Origin: Protoeuglena noctilucae
Taxonomy: Eukaryota
Assembly: GCA_958009085.1 (NCBI GenBank)
Contig: OY253675.1
Span: 682,001-746,000 of the forward strand
DNA: 64,000 nt
Reading direction: 5' to 3'
In this document: in pieces, positions 1 through 12,315 of the stretch
How the letters are laid out: each line of letters begins with the position of its first letter
How positions within the stretch are numbered: position 1 is the first letter of the stretch
Translations under genes and position numbers: made by a program
The notes under the pieces: generated by a model
What the model was told of the DNA's origin: nothing
Database searches by the model: none
What the model saw: the letters and a program-made list of their open reading frames with translations, nothing else

Positions 1-165
1 ATGGGCAGCTGAGATGATGTAAGATGCAGAGCAAGGTAACGGGAGGTGTGACGGGGGGCGGGGAGATGGGGTATGAGGGCGAGCCACCTGACGGAGCACG
101 ATTGACTGCTGTCGATGCATGGATGGATTGACACTAACAATAATGCACTCGCCTTTTCCATACAG

Positions 166-3100
166 GCGTTCAAGGCCTGCATGAAACTGCGGACACCGCT
201 GCGGTACGCCCTGACTGGCACGCCCATGCCCAACAGATACGGTGAGGGTGGGGAGAGGGTGGTGGTGACAACAAGGGGGTGAGTGAAGGCATGTACAATG
301 GCAGTGCAGTGCGGATGGGGAGAGAGAACGTGAGGGGTGGCTGTGGTAGTCATGCATGTGATGGTGGGACAGTAAGTGAGGGCCCTCGTCTTTACCCCTC
401 ACACCCTCCCAGAGGAGCTCTACGCTCTGGTGGAGTGGGTGACGCAGGGCGACAACCCCCTGGGGGACATCAAGGTGTTCAGAGACGAGATCAGCAGGCC
501 GCTGAGGGAGGGGTTTGACGCGCGGGCCACCCAGGCGCAGAGGGCCAGGGCAGAGGCGGTGCTGCACCGGGTGCAGAACAGGATCAAGTGAGGGAGAGGG
601 AGGGTTGGTGTGAATGTTTGGATGAGTGGTTGGTGTTGATGTCAGTTGATGGAGATGGGCGGTTATTATTGATGGGTGGTGTTTGTACTAACCCCAAAGC
701 GAGGGTGTTTGATTACTGGTCGTGCTATGCCATGGGTAATTACCAAGCATCGTCATGCTTGTCACCGCATCAGACACACCAGACCTCGCCACCTCCCTTT
801 ACTCTCCCCAACCCCCCAGGCGCCTTCTCCTGAAGAGGTCCAAGGACGTCGTGCTCCGTGACGTGCTGCCGATTAAGCGGGATCTCTTTGTGCTGTGCCC
901 GATGAGCGCGGTGCAGACGGCGGCGTATGAGAGGCTGCTGTTGTCGGAAGACACGCAGTGGGTCATCGACGTGGTGATTAGAGGAGTGGGGAAGGGGGGG
1001 GAGGTGAGGAGCATGGATGTGGGAGTGGGTGGTGATTTGGGGGGACGGGAAGGGGGCGGAGGTGAGGGGCGGTGGTGGGGAGATGTGGCAGTGGTTGGGT
1101 GACGGTGGGTGTGTGGCTGACCATTGACATAGTGCGTTTAGAGGGGAGGTGAAGGGCTGTACGAGGGTGGGCGCGTTGAGAGGGAGGGTGCAGGCAGTGT
1201 GGATGTGAGAGCGACAGGGTGCCACTACCACCGAACGTGCTCTCTGCCAATCGTGCTTTGCCCTTCTCTCTCTCAGATGGTGATGGATCCAGAGACCAAG
1301 GGTCCCCTGTGGCGGTCGCTGCACTGCTGCCAGTGCCCCAATGAGGACGGCAAGTGCAACAAGCACAGGCCGGAGGTAAGGGGTGGTGGCTGTGTGAGAT
1401 GGTGGCGGTGGGGGTAGCAGTGAGACTCACCTCACCCCACCCTCACACACCCCACCCTCTCACCCCACCCCACACTCTCTCAACCCCCCCCCCCCCCCCC
1501 CCCCCCCCCAGGGCTGCGAGCCCAAGGGCTTGTTCCAGGGCTGCCCCCAATGCCTGCTCTTTAGCACCCTGGACTTAATGTGGAGGACCGCCAATCACTT
1601 GGAACTGATCAAGGCCAACCCCGTCAAGGACCCCCCCCACAAGGTCGCGACTGACAGGGACGTCGCCAGAATGGCGTTTGGGGAGGACCTGGAGGCCGCG
1701 GGGGGCACGGACCGCATGCAGAAGTTCGAGTTCCTCATGGACTCGAGACAGGTGAGGGTGCTCACCCTCACTCACCTTCACTCTCCCGTGACCCTCCCAG
1801 TACTGACTCACTCCCACTTTACCATACCACTCCCAGTGCGGCAAGCTCCGTGTCCTGGACTTACCTCATCCTCTCCCACTCTTTTTGCCCCTCACAGTAG
1901 TAATGACTCACTCACCGTTACTCACCCTCACATTCTCCCTCACTCACCCCCCCCCTCCCCCCCCCTCACTCCCTCTCCCAGTGCGGCAAGCTCCGTGTCT
2001 TGGACTACCTCCTCCGCCAGTTCCGCGACGAGGGCAAGAAGGCCCTGGTGTTCTCCAACTCGGTGCGACTGCTGCGAATCATTGAGCATTTTGTCATAGC
2101 CACGTATGGTGCTAACTACCTCATGCTGCACGGGGAGGTGCCGGAGGAGGCGAGGAAGCAGATCGTGGTCAAGTTCAACAACAACGAGGTGAGTGGGTGT
2201 GAGTGTGACAGGGGGTGTGTGAGGGGCACGGGAGCAGATTGTGACTTGATTCAACAACGATGAAGTGATGGTGATGGCGGGTGTCAAGTGATGGAGGGGT
2301 GGGCGTCCATCCATCCATCCATCCATCCATCCAATCCACCCCATCCAATCCACCCCCGCAGTCAGTGCGCATCCTCCTGGTCAGCAAGGGCGTGGGGTCG
2401 ATGGGCCTCAACCTGACCGGGGCGCAGAGGGTGGTGATCTTCGACCCATCGTGGACGGCAGACGACGACCTGCAGGCCATGGACAGGGCCTACCGCATGG
2501 GACAGACGCAGGGTGAGGGGTAGATGGGAGTGGATGAGAGTGGTTGGGGCTGATTGGGGTGTAAGTGGAACAGAGGTAGGGTGAGGGTGAGAGTAAGTGG
2601 AGTGCAATTCCTGTCTCATACCCTCCCATCGACCCCAGACGTGGACGTGTACCGCCTGGTCTCCAAGGGCACCGTGGAGGAGGTGCGGTACTGCCGCCAG
2701 ATCTACAAGCGACAGCACGCCGACCAGATACTGGAGGGACGGAAGATGGACCCGTTGTTTAAGGGATATCAGAGGGAGGGGGGATATCAAGAGTTAACGG
2801 ATAGGGACAAGGAGGCGGGGGGGAGTCTGTTTGGGCTCAAGGCGCTGCTGGATGGGGCAGGTGAGAGTGGGGGTGGCAGTAAGGGTGAGGGTAGGGATGA
2901 GGGTGAGGGTGCGGGTGGCAGTGGGGGTGGCAGTGAGGGTGGCAGTGGGGGTGGGAGTGAGGGTGGGGGTGGCAGTGAGGGTGGGAGTGAGGGTGGGGGT
3001 GGCAGTGAGGGTGGCAGTGGGGGTGGGAGTGAGGGTGGGGTTGGCAGCGAGGGTGGGAGTGAGGGTGGGGGTGGCAGTGGGGGTGAGGGTGGCAGTGGGG

Positions 3101-4453
3101 GTGAGGGTGGCAGTAGGGGTGAGGGTGGGGGTGCCAGTTAGATGCGAGCAGACACATCACAATGCAATTTCGCAATCACACCCTCCCGGCGTCGCCTCGC
3201 CTCACTCTTCTGCACTAATCCCATCACCCCCACCTCCCCTTCGCTCTTCCCAGACCGCCATTTCCGCCATTTGCGCACGGGCGCCCAGCGCTACGGCCAC
3301 GCAGGGGGCACGGTGGCGATGGAGGTGGGCGAGAGTCAGGATGATGACGTGGACAGGCAGGGGTGGGTCGTGCAGGACCTGGGGGTGGAGATTTGGCCCA
3401 TGGAGGTGGATGCTGTGGGGGCGGAGGGGGTGGGTGGGAGCGACGATGACGGGGGAGGTGAGGGGCATGAGGGGGGTGGGGGGGGTGGCAGGGAAGGGGT
3501 GTGGTTGTGTATGCGCATGGGTGCGGTTTGTGGGTGGGTTGATGGGTGTGAGTGTGGCAGGTAAGGGCTGGGGTTGTGTATGTGTGTGTGTGCGGTGGCA
3601 GGGTGACTGGCGAGGTGGGCAGTAAAACGACCCTTTGGTTTGTTACATAGTCTTTGTTATCGTCACTATCAGTATCTAGCAAATACTGTTTCGATCATCT
3701 TCCTGTGGTGCAGGGTCGATGGGTACGTTACGTGAGACGCAGTCGTCGGATGCATGGGATGGGGACACGGGTGACGAGTCGTGTGGGAAGTCAGATGGCA
3801 GTGACTGGCACAGCGGAGAGTGGGGTTCGGGTGGTGGTGGTGGTGGTGGTGGTGGGAGTGCAGAGGAGGGGTCGGCGGATGCCGAGTCAGCTTGGGGCGA
3901 TGGGGGGGTGGCTGATGGGGCTATTGGTGGGGTCATTAATGGGGTTGCTGCTAGAGTAACTGAGGTTGGGGCCGTTGATGGGGTCACTGGTGGGGTCATT
4001 GATGGGGTCAGCGATTGCAGCGGTGATGTCAAGGGCGTCAGGGGCGCGAGGGTCATTGTCATTGGATCTTCGTCATCGGACGATACGCGTGGGGGTGACT
4101 CTGCGGGAGAGGAGGGGGTACGAGGGGCGGGGGAAGCGACGGCGACGAGTGCCGGGGCGGAGAGGGGAGGGAGTGAGGGTGGCAGTGAGGGCAGGGGTGT
4201 GGGTGGGAGTGAGGGTGGGAGTGCGGGTGGCAGTGGGGGCGGCAATGCTGGCGGCAATGCGGGCGGGAGTGGGGACGCGATTGCGGGCGGGGATGTGGGC
4301 GGGAGTGCGGGCGGTGGGGCAGGGGGTGGGGCACAGGGGGCTTCGGTGGGTGCGGGTGCTGCGGTGGGTGCGCCTCGCGTTCTGGGTGCGACGGGGTCGA
4401 CGGTGCCAGACGCGGGACCTAAAGTCATCAAGAGAAAGCTCGCTTGGACATAG
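166..4453 (+). CDS. ERCC6L2: SNF2-family ATPase, ERCC6L2 / plant Switch2 (CHR9)-like; 5'-partial, about 10 exons in the window
   Basis: GT-AG exons at ~166-241, 412-587, 820-970, 1277-1375, 1512-1751, 1982-2188, 2362-2512, 2639-2860, 3254-3457 and 3714-4453 join in frame. Motifs include [82 protein letters not shown] and [12 protein letters not shown]. The C-terminus is Gly/Asp-rich. Confidence 0.85.
2861..3137 (+). repeat. Intronic hexamer-based low-complexity array (GAGGGT/GGCAGT/GGGGGT)
   Basis: Directly visible tandem hexamer variants that start at the GT donor at 2861. The Gly/Val-Arg/His-Pro ORFs here are by-products of the array. Confidence 0.85.
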
Positions 4454-4657
4454 GGGCCGAATGTTTTGCGAGTCCGCAGCATAGTATCTGTCAGCTTTGC
4501 CCCGAGCATTGTCGGGCTGAGGCCGCTCTGCCGGCTCGTGGTTTCTTGGCGTGCGCGCGGCAACCACTTCACGCACCATCGCTTTCGGCATTTGTGCCTG
4601 AACTTCTTGTTTCTCGCCATTGGCTCCTAGGCGGGAGACGTCGCCCTAGCTGCCACC

Positions 4658-7600
4658 ATGTCTACGACCACCGCCTTTGAAGAGGACGAGGGGATGAGGC
4701 TGGGGTACTGGAAGTACTCGGCCAGCAAGGTTCGTGGCTCCGCGGTTCAGGAAGCGGGCGGAAGCGGGCGCGCAAGGAGCCCATGGGACACCTTTCGGCG
4801 CCTTGCTGCAGCGCTAGGCGCCGTTGTTCCGGACAGGAGCGTGTGTTTGCGCTGTTCCAAGTCGAATGTGGTCGATGGGCTGGTCCGATCATCCATACAA
4901 AGCCACTTCGGCCGGCGGGCGGTTGTGAGATCTGCGCATCTGCATATGCCGCTGCGGCGCGATCGGACGCCGCTGCCCCTTCCCCTGCGCTCGGCAGGAC
5001 GGGCTGATGATGGCACACCGTGCCATTCGCCGCGGGAGCGAGATCCTCTTCGTCGCTATGCGGGAGATGCACCGCCGCGCCAAGGAGGTAGGTGGCTCCC
5101 CTTCGCGCGCCTGCAATCGCGTGCGCTCCCCTAATGCGGCAATGCGGGCTCACGAATCCATACTTGCTCGATCGTCATCATCCCCGCCGCAAGCGTCGGT
5201 CGATTGCCGCGCGATCGTCGGCAAGGTGAACCTGGTGATGCGCAGGGCAAGACCCTGCAGCCGTTCGAGATCCAGGCCCTGAAGGACTTCGCCGAGGTCT
5301 ACGGCATCTTCCTGCACATCCACCACGACGGCGAGGAGCACTACTTCTTCCCCTTTATCAACGAGGCGAGGCCCTCAGTTGCGCTCAGTTGCCCTGCTCC
5401 AGCTACCGGTCGCGGCTGCGGAGTAGCCGTCTGCACCTGCTGCAAAGTATACTACAGCTCGTTGTCTTAATACTCGTCTCGTCCATGAAATTCCGCAGGC
5501 GCTGGAGCGCGTCGCGAAGGAGAAGGGCTCGCCGGCTGAGACGATCCCGGCGCGCATGGCCAAAGACCACGAGAGCCTTGTCCAAAACCTGGACAAGTTC
5601 TTGAACGGCGTCAGGGGCCTCAGCGACGTGTCGGGCGCGGACAAACAGGCGCAGGCGCTGGAGGCCATCATGACGCACTTCGTGGCAGCATCCAAGGAGA
5701 TGTTTGCGCATTTGAAGGAGGAGGAGGAGATCGTGCTCCCCCTGATGCGCCGCACCGTGACGCAGGAGCAGCTCAGCTGAAGCCCGTCGAGGCCAAGATT
5801 GCCAAGCACGCCACGGCCAACCCCCAGGCCACTCAGTACGCCTTCACCATGATGTGCAAGGCAAGGGCCGGCTGGGCTGGGCAGCTGCGGGGGAATCTGC
5901 GGGGGGAGACGCAGGAGGCAGAGAGCCCAACACACGTTGCACACCCGTTCCCAATCGCTTACACCCGCCCAACCGCGCTTGAACACCCACATAGCTCGTG
6001 TCCCCGCCACTGCTGGCGCACCACACCCGACTGCCAGTGCCATACCATACCATACCATACCATGCCATGCCATGCCATGCCATGCCATGCCCCCAGGTGT
6101 CGGAGCGCAAGGCCCTCATGGACTTCGCGGGCATCCCCGGCATCGTGCAGTCGCTCATCCTCGCCCCCCAACTCAAGCGCTTCACCAAGGGCACGCTCGC
6201 CCGCCTCGAGGGGTGCTTCGTGGGCGCGGAGAGGGTGCCCGTGAAGGAGTCGGTCATTGACCAGTTCGAGGGGTGAGTGGGTGGCGGATGGGTGAGGTGG
6301 TACTGGAGTTAGGAGGGAGAGAGTGAGTGATGGACCAGTTTGCATGTGGGACGGGGACGACCACCGGTGTTGATGCATTTGACTCGTCTCATGGGCGTCT
6401 TCCGCAGGAAGGAGTTCTGGCAGGACGATTACAAATCCCCCTCGTTCAACTACAAGATGGGTGAGTCGCCCCGGCGGGGGTGCTGTGGGTGCATGGGGGC
6501 GTGAGGGAACTGCCACGGGGGGCCGTGCACCAGGATGCGGCGTGGGTGACGTGAGGACCCTTGAGTTAATAGCAGCATGGAAGGCGCATTGCCGTAGAGC
6601 CTTTGTTTGGGTTCGTCTGATGATTTCTCATTTTGGGTTCCTTGATGGCCCAGGCGCTTGGCATGCGGTGGGCAGCGCTGTCATTGGGTTCCCAGGCCGC
6701 CAGCAGCCGTCACGCTGCGGTGGCGGCCTGTCGTTGCGGCCGGCGCGTTTCTTTTCCGCTCATTTACGCCCCTGATTGGCACTGCTTGTGCCGTCGCGCC
6801 CTTTCCACGTTGAACGCCCACGGCTGCCCACCGCCACTTGCCCACGCTTGCCCACCGCCCCCGCCACTTGCCCTCCCACCCACTGTCACCCGCTACCCCT
6901 GCCACCCTGCCGCTCACCTCCCCCGCCCCTGACCTGCGAGCAGACTTCTCCAGCGAGGAGGACGGCGGCGCCTGGTTGTCCTCGGTGGGCATCCTCGTGC
7001 TCCTCATCTCCATCGCCCTGGGCATCACGGCACTGTCCTTCGACGTTCCCATGCTGAACAAGGTGACGCGGGTGGTGGTTAAAGTGAACTGCGGTGTCCC
7101 ATGCTCAAGTGAGGTGACCGGGGTGGCAGGTTGGACTGCTCCCACGCACACCATTCCATCCCCGCAGGTGCTCCCCCAGCAGTATGGCTCCAAGGCCATC
7201 GCGTGGCCCGGGGGCGGCTTCGCGCACCTCCCCATCGCCGAGTACCGCGCAGAGGTGGCCATGCGCCCCAACGTGGACGCCGCGTACCTCTACACCTGGA
7301 ACGACAAGGTGAGGCGGGTTTGGGGGTGCGGGGGTGGATGGGGGTGTGCGTGGCTGGGGTAGCAGGGACGGCAGGGTTGGTGATACTGGCGAGGATGGCG
7401 GGGGTGTGGATGGGTGATGCTGTCGATAAGCGGAGTTGGGCAGGTGTGTTAGGCTGCTGGGCTAAGGAGAGTGTCGCTGCCGTCTCATAGGCGCAGCTAC
7501 GGTCGTTGAGATCGCAGGTGCACACCCAGTGCGATGCGAAGACGGCCAAGGGCAGCAAGCCGGCTGCGGGCGGCAAGGCCACTGACGGCAAGGCTACGGA

Positions 7601-7949
7601 TGCTGGCAAGCCTGCTGCTGACGGCAAGGCTACGGATGCTGGCAAGCCTGCTGCTGGCGGCAAGGCCACTGACGGCAAGGCCACGGATGCTGGCAAGCCC
7701 GCCCCTGCCCCCGCCGCTGGTGGCGCTGCCAAGCCCGCTCCCGCCCCCGCCACTGCTGACGGCGCCAAGCCCGCCCCCGCCGCTGCTGCCGGCGCCAAGC
7801 GTGCGCCTGCCACTGCTGACGGCGCCAAGCCTGCCCCTGCCGCTGCTGCCGGCGCCAAGCCCGCCCCTGCCGCTGCTGCCGGGAGCAAGCCCGCCGGCGC
7901 TGCCGCTGGCAAGACCGCGGGCGCGGCCAAGCCGATGGCTGCCGTGTGA
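4658..7949 (+). CDS. Hemerythrin (HHE cation-binding) domain protein with a TM helix and an Ala/Pro/Lys-rich repetitive C-terminus; one apparent frameshift at 5769-5778
   Basis: Exons ~4658-4729, 4998-5087, 5246-5365, 5499-5860, 6097-6272, 6408-6460, 6944-7062, 7168-7308 and 7519-7949. Hemerythrin motifs AHRAIRR, LHIHHDGEE, DHESL and HLKEEEE. Hydrophobic helix VGILVLLISIALGITALSF. Two GC-AG introns. Confidence 0.75.
6041..6090. repeat. Intronic pentanucleotide microsatellite (CATAC)n(CATGC)n
   Basis: Directly visible array immediately upstream of the acceptor at 6096. Confidence 0.9.
7553..7930 (+). repeat. Coding tandem repeats (GKATDAGKPAA / GAKPAPAAAA units)
   Basis: Repeated GGCAAGGCYACGGATGCTGGCAAGCC and GGCGCCAAGCCCGCCCC units in the last exon of the hemerythrin gene. 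Confidence 0.85.
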
Positions 7950-8494
7950 TAGCGGTGCTGGGAGGGTGTGGACTAGAGGGCTGATGCTTCAAGCCCAGAC
8001 GATCGTGTGACGTCGTAGCAATAACGAACCTAGGTCTAATAGTCGCGAGAGCCAATAGTCGCGAGTGGTTGGCCTTAGATATCCTGTTCGTCGCCTGCTA
8101 GGCCGAAAAGGCACTGTTCGATGACTTGTGAACCGTAGTCCTGACACTCTCGCTCCTAAGTTTCTTTTGAAGCAGCGGCAGCCACCCCCACACCAGCAGC
8201 CACGACTGCTGTGAAACCTGGGGCGCAGCTGTGCGAGAGCTCGCTTGCACCAGGTCCAGTCCGCTGAGTTCAAGTCCGTGGCTCTCTTGCTGGGTTGCAC
8301 GCGCTGCTGAGTGGCGCTGCTCGGCTTGGGATGCGTGATGGCCAAAGGTGAAGATGCTGCTGGTGGTTGCGCCATTTGTGCGTTGCAGAAAGCGTCCAAG
8401 GCAAGCAAAGCGCTCTAACATGGTGAGAATAAGAGAGTGCAACAGAGAAAGTCAGCTCTTCATTGCTTGGTCGAACGAGGAGGCGCAGTGCAGC

Positions 8495-11400
8495 TCACGA
8501 CTGCCTCGGTACCGTGCGCTCCGGCCGCTGTCCCAAGAGCCAGACGCCTGGCACCTGCGCAAGCACAGGCAAACTAAGAACGCGGTGCGCTTTCGCATAC
8601 ACGCAGGCTCGATCGGGACGCACAGCGAGCAGAACGGTCGCTGCACCGTATGGCATCACTCTGCGCATCTCACCACGGCCGCTTTGCGCGCGGCTGCCAC
8701 GCAGCACCTCGCGATGATCCACCACGACACCGCGGCGATGATGCCGAGCTCCACGAGAGACCGCTGTGCGAAGGGCCTGCGATGAAAGGCGGGCATAGAC
8801 GTAGCCAAGTTTATGCACGCTAATGGCAGACCAGCGGAGCAGAGCATTGGCGCTGGCATGTTGAGTAGCCACTGCGCATGCCTGCCCACGCACTTCACTC
8901 TGCAGCCCAAGGCTTGGCAAGCTGGGTGGCAGGGTACGCCCCTCGCGCTCACTGCAGCAATCACCTGGACCACCCCTGCGCTGCCCTGTCCTCGGCCAGG
9001 GGCTGGCGGAGGCGGCGGCGGTGCTTGCCCTTCGAGGCGCGCCGCCGCACCACCACCCCCTCGGCAGCCTCGGCCTCATTGCCCAGCAGCCCGACGTCCG
9101 TGTCACCACCGCCGTTACCGCCGTTGCCGTTGCCAGAGCCGGCGCCCTCCCCTGCCCACGAGCTGTCTCCGTTGCCTTTACCATTAGTACTGTAACCACC
9201 AGCAGCTGCGTCGACCGCTGCTTTCACCGGCACCCCTGGCTGGGCCCCTCCCGCCCTGCTCTGCTGACCTCGGCCCGCACCCGCACCCTTCCCGTTCCGT
9301 GCTCCAAGCGCATTATTCCCGCTCCTAGCAGCACGACGATCGGCGCGACCGTCACCACCGGTCGGGCCCGACCCGGGCGCGTGCGATGGCGAGGGCCGTT
9401 GCCGTGTATCACCCTCTGTCACCTCCACGGGGCCCATGGGGGCGATCTCGGCAGCCGCGCCCCGACCGCTGCGACCCCGGTCATCTGAGGGCGCGGGGCA
9501 GGCGGTACGTCACTTTGAGAGTCAAGACCACACCGCTGGGCTAGCGACACTAGTGGACTGCGCAATGGGACATTGTGTGAGTGCCTGAAGGGGTGGTGGC
9601 GAGGGGCGCGCTGAGCTGCTGCGGTCTTCAACAGCCCCTGTGCGCCGCACGCACGCCAGCACAAAGGACGTGACAGTCAAAGCACAAGACACGAGGGCAC
9701 GCCAAGGCATGGCAGCAACCAAGGCCTCGCTCGCAGCTCCATTCCCTCCACGCACTACAAGCCCACTACAAGCCGCACTGACACCACCACCGCCGCCCTC
9801 TATGCTCCGTTCCATCCGCCCGCCCTCCCGCAACCGTTGACCCCACCCCTCCGCACCTCTCAGCCCACTCCTGCGCCGCTAGCCCTGCAAGCACCCTCGC
9901 ACCTCCGCAGGCCGCGCTAGGCTGCCCTCACGCTCACGCGCTCATCCTCGAGCCGGCTCTCACCCCACCCATCGTTGGCGCCTCCGTCTCCACCGCACGC
10001 AGAGGTGAAGGACGAAGAGAGACTGTCCAGGGGGAAGCTGCGAGTAAGGCGAAGAGGGACTCTTTAATGGGAAGCTGCGGGTGAGAGACGAGGAGCAATA
10101 AACAGCGGGAAGCTGGGTGTCGTGGTTGTGCTAGTGATGATGGTAGCTGTGTTGCTGTAACTATGGGAATGGCCAACACACTCCTAGTCCCAATCCCAGT
10201 GCCACAGCTCTGCCTGCGTCCTGCACCCTCTCTCTCTCACCTGGAGATGCGAGACCTGAGGATGCGAGCGTCGGCGTCCTTGCCAGGTGGGATGACCGAG
10301 TCCCAGTTGCCATGCTCATCATCGCACGAACCCGTGACTGCACCCACGCCGGCCAATGTCGCAGTGAGCGGGGCGCCCTGGGCAGCCGCCACCGCCTCAG
10401 CCGTGAGCCCGTGAGCTGGGATGTTACCCTTAGGCACGGGCACCGCCACTGCGGCAGGGACCGCCACTGCACCTGGCATGGCAGTGGGGGCAGCACCGGA
10501 CACCCCCCCGGCAGCTGCGTGCGAGGTCACGGCAGGCACCGCGACCATCGCTGCCGTCTCTGCCGTCCGCACGCTCTGTGCGTCTCCCTCCGACCCCTGC
10601 CCTGCCCCACTGACACGCACGTCGCCGTCAGCAGGTGTGGCCTCCACGGCCGCCCCTGCACCCGCACCCGGTGTGGTCTCGACAGCCGCCCCTGCCACTG
10701 CACCCGGCACAGTCGCAGGGCCTGCAGTTGTGACCTCAGGCTCAGTGGCGGACTGGCGCTGAGGGCCGCATGCAGACTGCGACAGAGCTGTGTCGCCTCG
10801 GTGCGGCTGAGCGGCGCCGCCTGCGCAGTCTACCATAGCCACTGCCGCTCCCGGGACGCGGTCAGAGCCCTCCGCTGCCCGCCTGAGCTCGTCCGCTGCA
10901 CAGAGCGGTGAGCCCTGGGCAGCTGCAGAGCGCTGGGCCTGGTCGGCAACAGCTGACTGCAGAGACGCAGCCTCGGATGCCGCGGGGTCGAACGCAGCGA
11001 GCTCAGGCGCATCCGGGTGCGCTGACGCGACGACTGCGATGCCATGACTCTCCACAACGCCGCCCTCGCATGCCGCACCGTCGCCGCCCATCACCGCTCC
11101 CGTCGAGCCATCTATCGCCGCCCTGCCGGCCGCGTCAGGGGCGTCGCTCGGCTGCTCGCTGCCCACAGCGATGTCAGTGATGGAAGCCACGGGCTCAAAG
11201 CACGCCGGGTCTGGGACGGCAGCGCTCGCAGGCGCGAAGGCGGGCTCCGGCTTGCCGGGCGCAGGCGACGGAGAGGGATCCGATGCCTCCTGGTCTGTGG
11301 GGCGCGAGACTGACCGGGAAGAGGGGCGGTCGCGGCCCTGCATCTCAGCTGCACTGCCCGCGGATCCCACCGACCGTGCCTGCGAGCGAGCGTATAAGGC

Positions 11401-12083
11401 GATTTGGTGGGTAACTGGCCTGAAATATGGCATGCCGATGACAAGCTCCATGCGTCACTCACCGGCTTGCGCGAGGTGCGGCCACGGTCCGCGTCGGATT
11501 TGCGGCCCGAGGCCCCGCTGCGGAACCAGCTGAACCGGGAGCGAGTGCGCGCGTCCTTAGAGCCATCAGTCGCCTTGGGCGACGAATCCCACCACGCGTT
11601 GCGGATGCGGGTGGAGAGCGGGCTCGCGGGCGGCTCCGTGGGCTGCCCCATGGCCGCAGTGCTGGTGCCCGCTGACTGCCGCGCCAGGGCCTCGGGACCG
11701 CTCCCCTCCGTCATCGCAGCGTTCTCGGCGGCGATTGCAGCGGGGGTCTCCCTGGGGGGGGCATCGACGGGGCGGGATTCGGCGACCTCGGGTGCTCCTG
11801 CTTGCGAGCCGGCCAGGGAAGCCGTCGACGCGCGATTCCTGCGCGCGATTGTCGGATATGAACGATGGCGTACGACAAGAGACGCGGTTTCGCAGGATTC
11901 GCTTCCCTCGATTCTCGAGCCCGGGAAATCTCACCCGGCGAGGTCCTGAGCCGAGTTCGTCTCTTGAGGGACTCCCCTGTCCTTCTGGGAAGCCTTGGAC
12001 TTCCTCGCGCGCCGCGATGGCATCGCCGCTGGGTCGGGGTCGGGCGCGGGGCGCCGGCCGAAGGAGAACAGCTCGCGCATCAT
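8495..12083 (-). CDS. Hypothetical Ala/Gly/Ser-rich disordered protein with a C-terminal hydrophobic (tail-anchor-like) segment
   Basis: ATG at 12083 (MMRELFSFGRR...) splices in frame to ~11840-11462 and 11381-10241. Further exons lie at ~9485-8966 and ~8775-8673 (LVELGIIAAVSWWIIARCCVAAA), and the last exon VPGVWLLGQRPERTVPRQS* ends at 8495. Internal exons around 9500-10200 are unresolved and I recognise no domain. Confidence 0.5.
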
Positions 12084-12115
12084 CACGGATACGCACAACA
12101 AAACAACTGTTGGTC

Positions 12116-12315
12116 NNNNNNNNNNNNNNNNNNNNNNNNNNNNNNNNNNNNNNNNNNNNNNNNNNNNNNNNNNNNNNNNNNNNNNNNNNNNNNNNNNNNN
12201 NNNNNNNNNNNNNNNNNNNNNNNNNNNNNNNNNNNNNNNNNNNNNNNNNNNNNNNNNNNNNNNNNNNNNNNNNNNNNNNNNNNNNNNNNNNNNNNNNNNN
12301 NNNNNNNNNNNNNNN
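12116..12315. other. Assembly gap (200 N)
   Basis: Run of N characters. Confidence 1.

Noticed and set aside
2861..3137. CRISPR-like or telomeric interpretation of the G-rich arrays
   Set aside because: There are no constant repeats with unique spacers and no clean TT(T)AGGG tract. These are degenerate intronic hexamers in a eukaryotic context.
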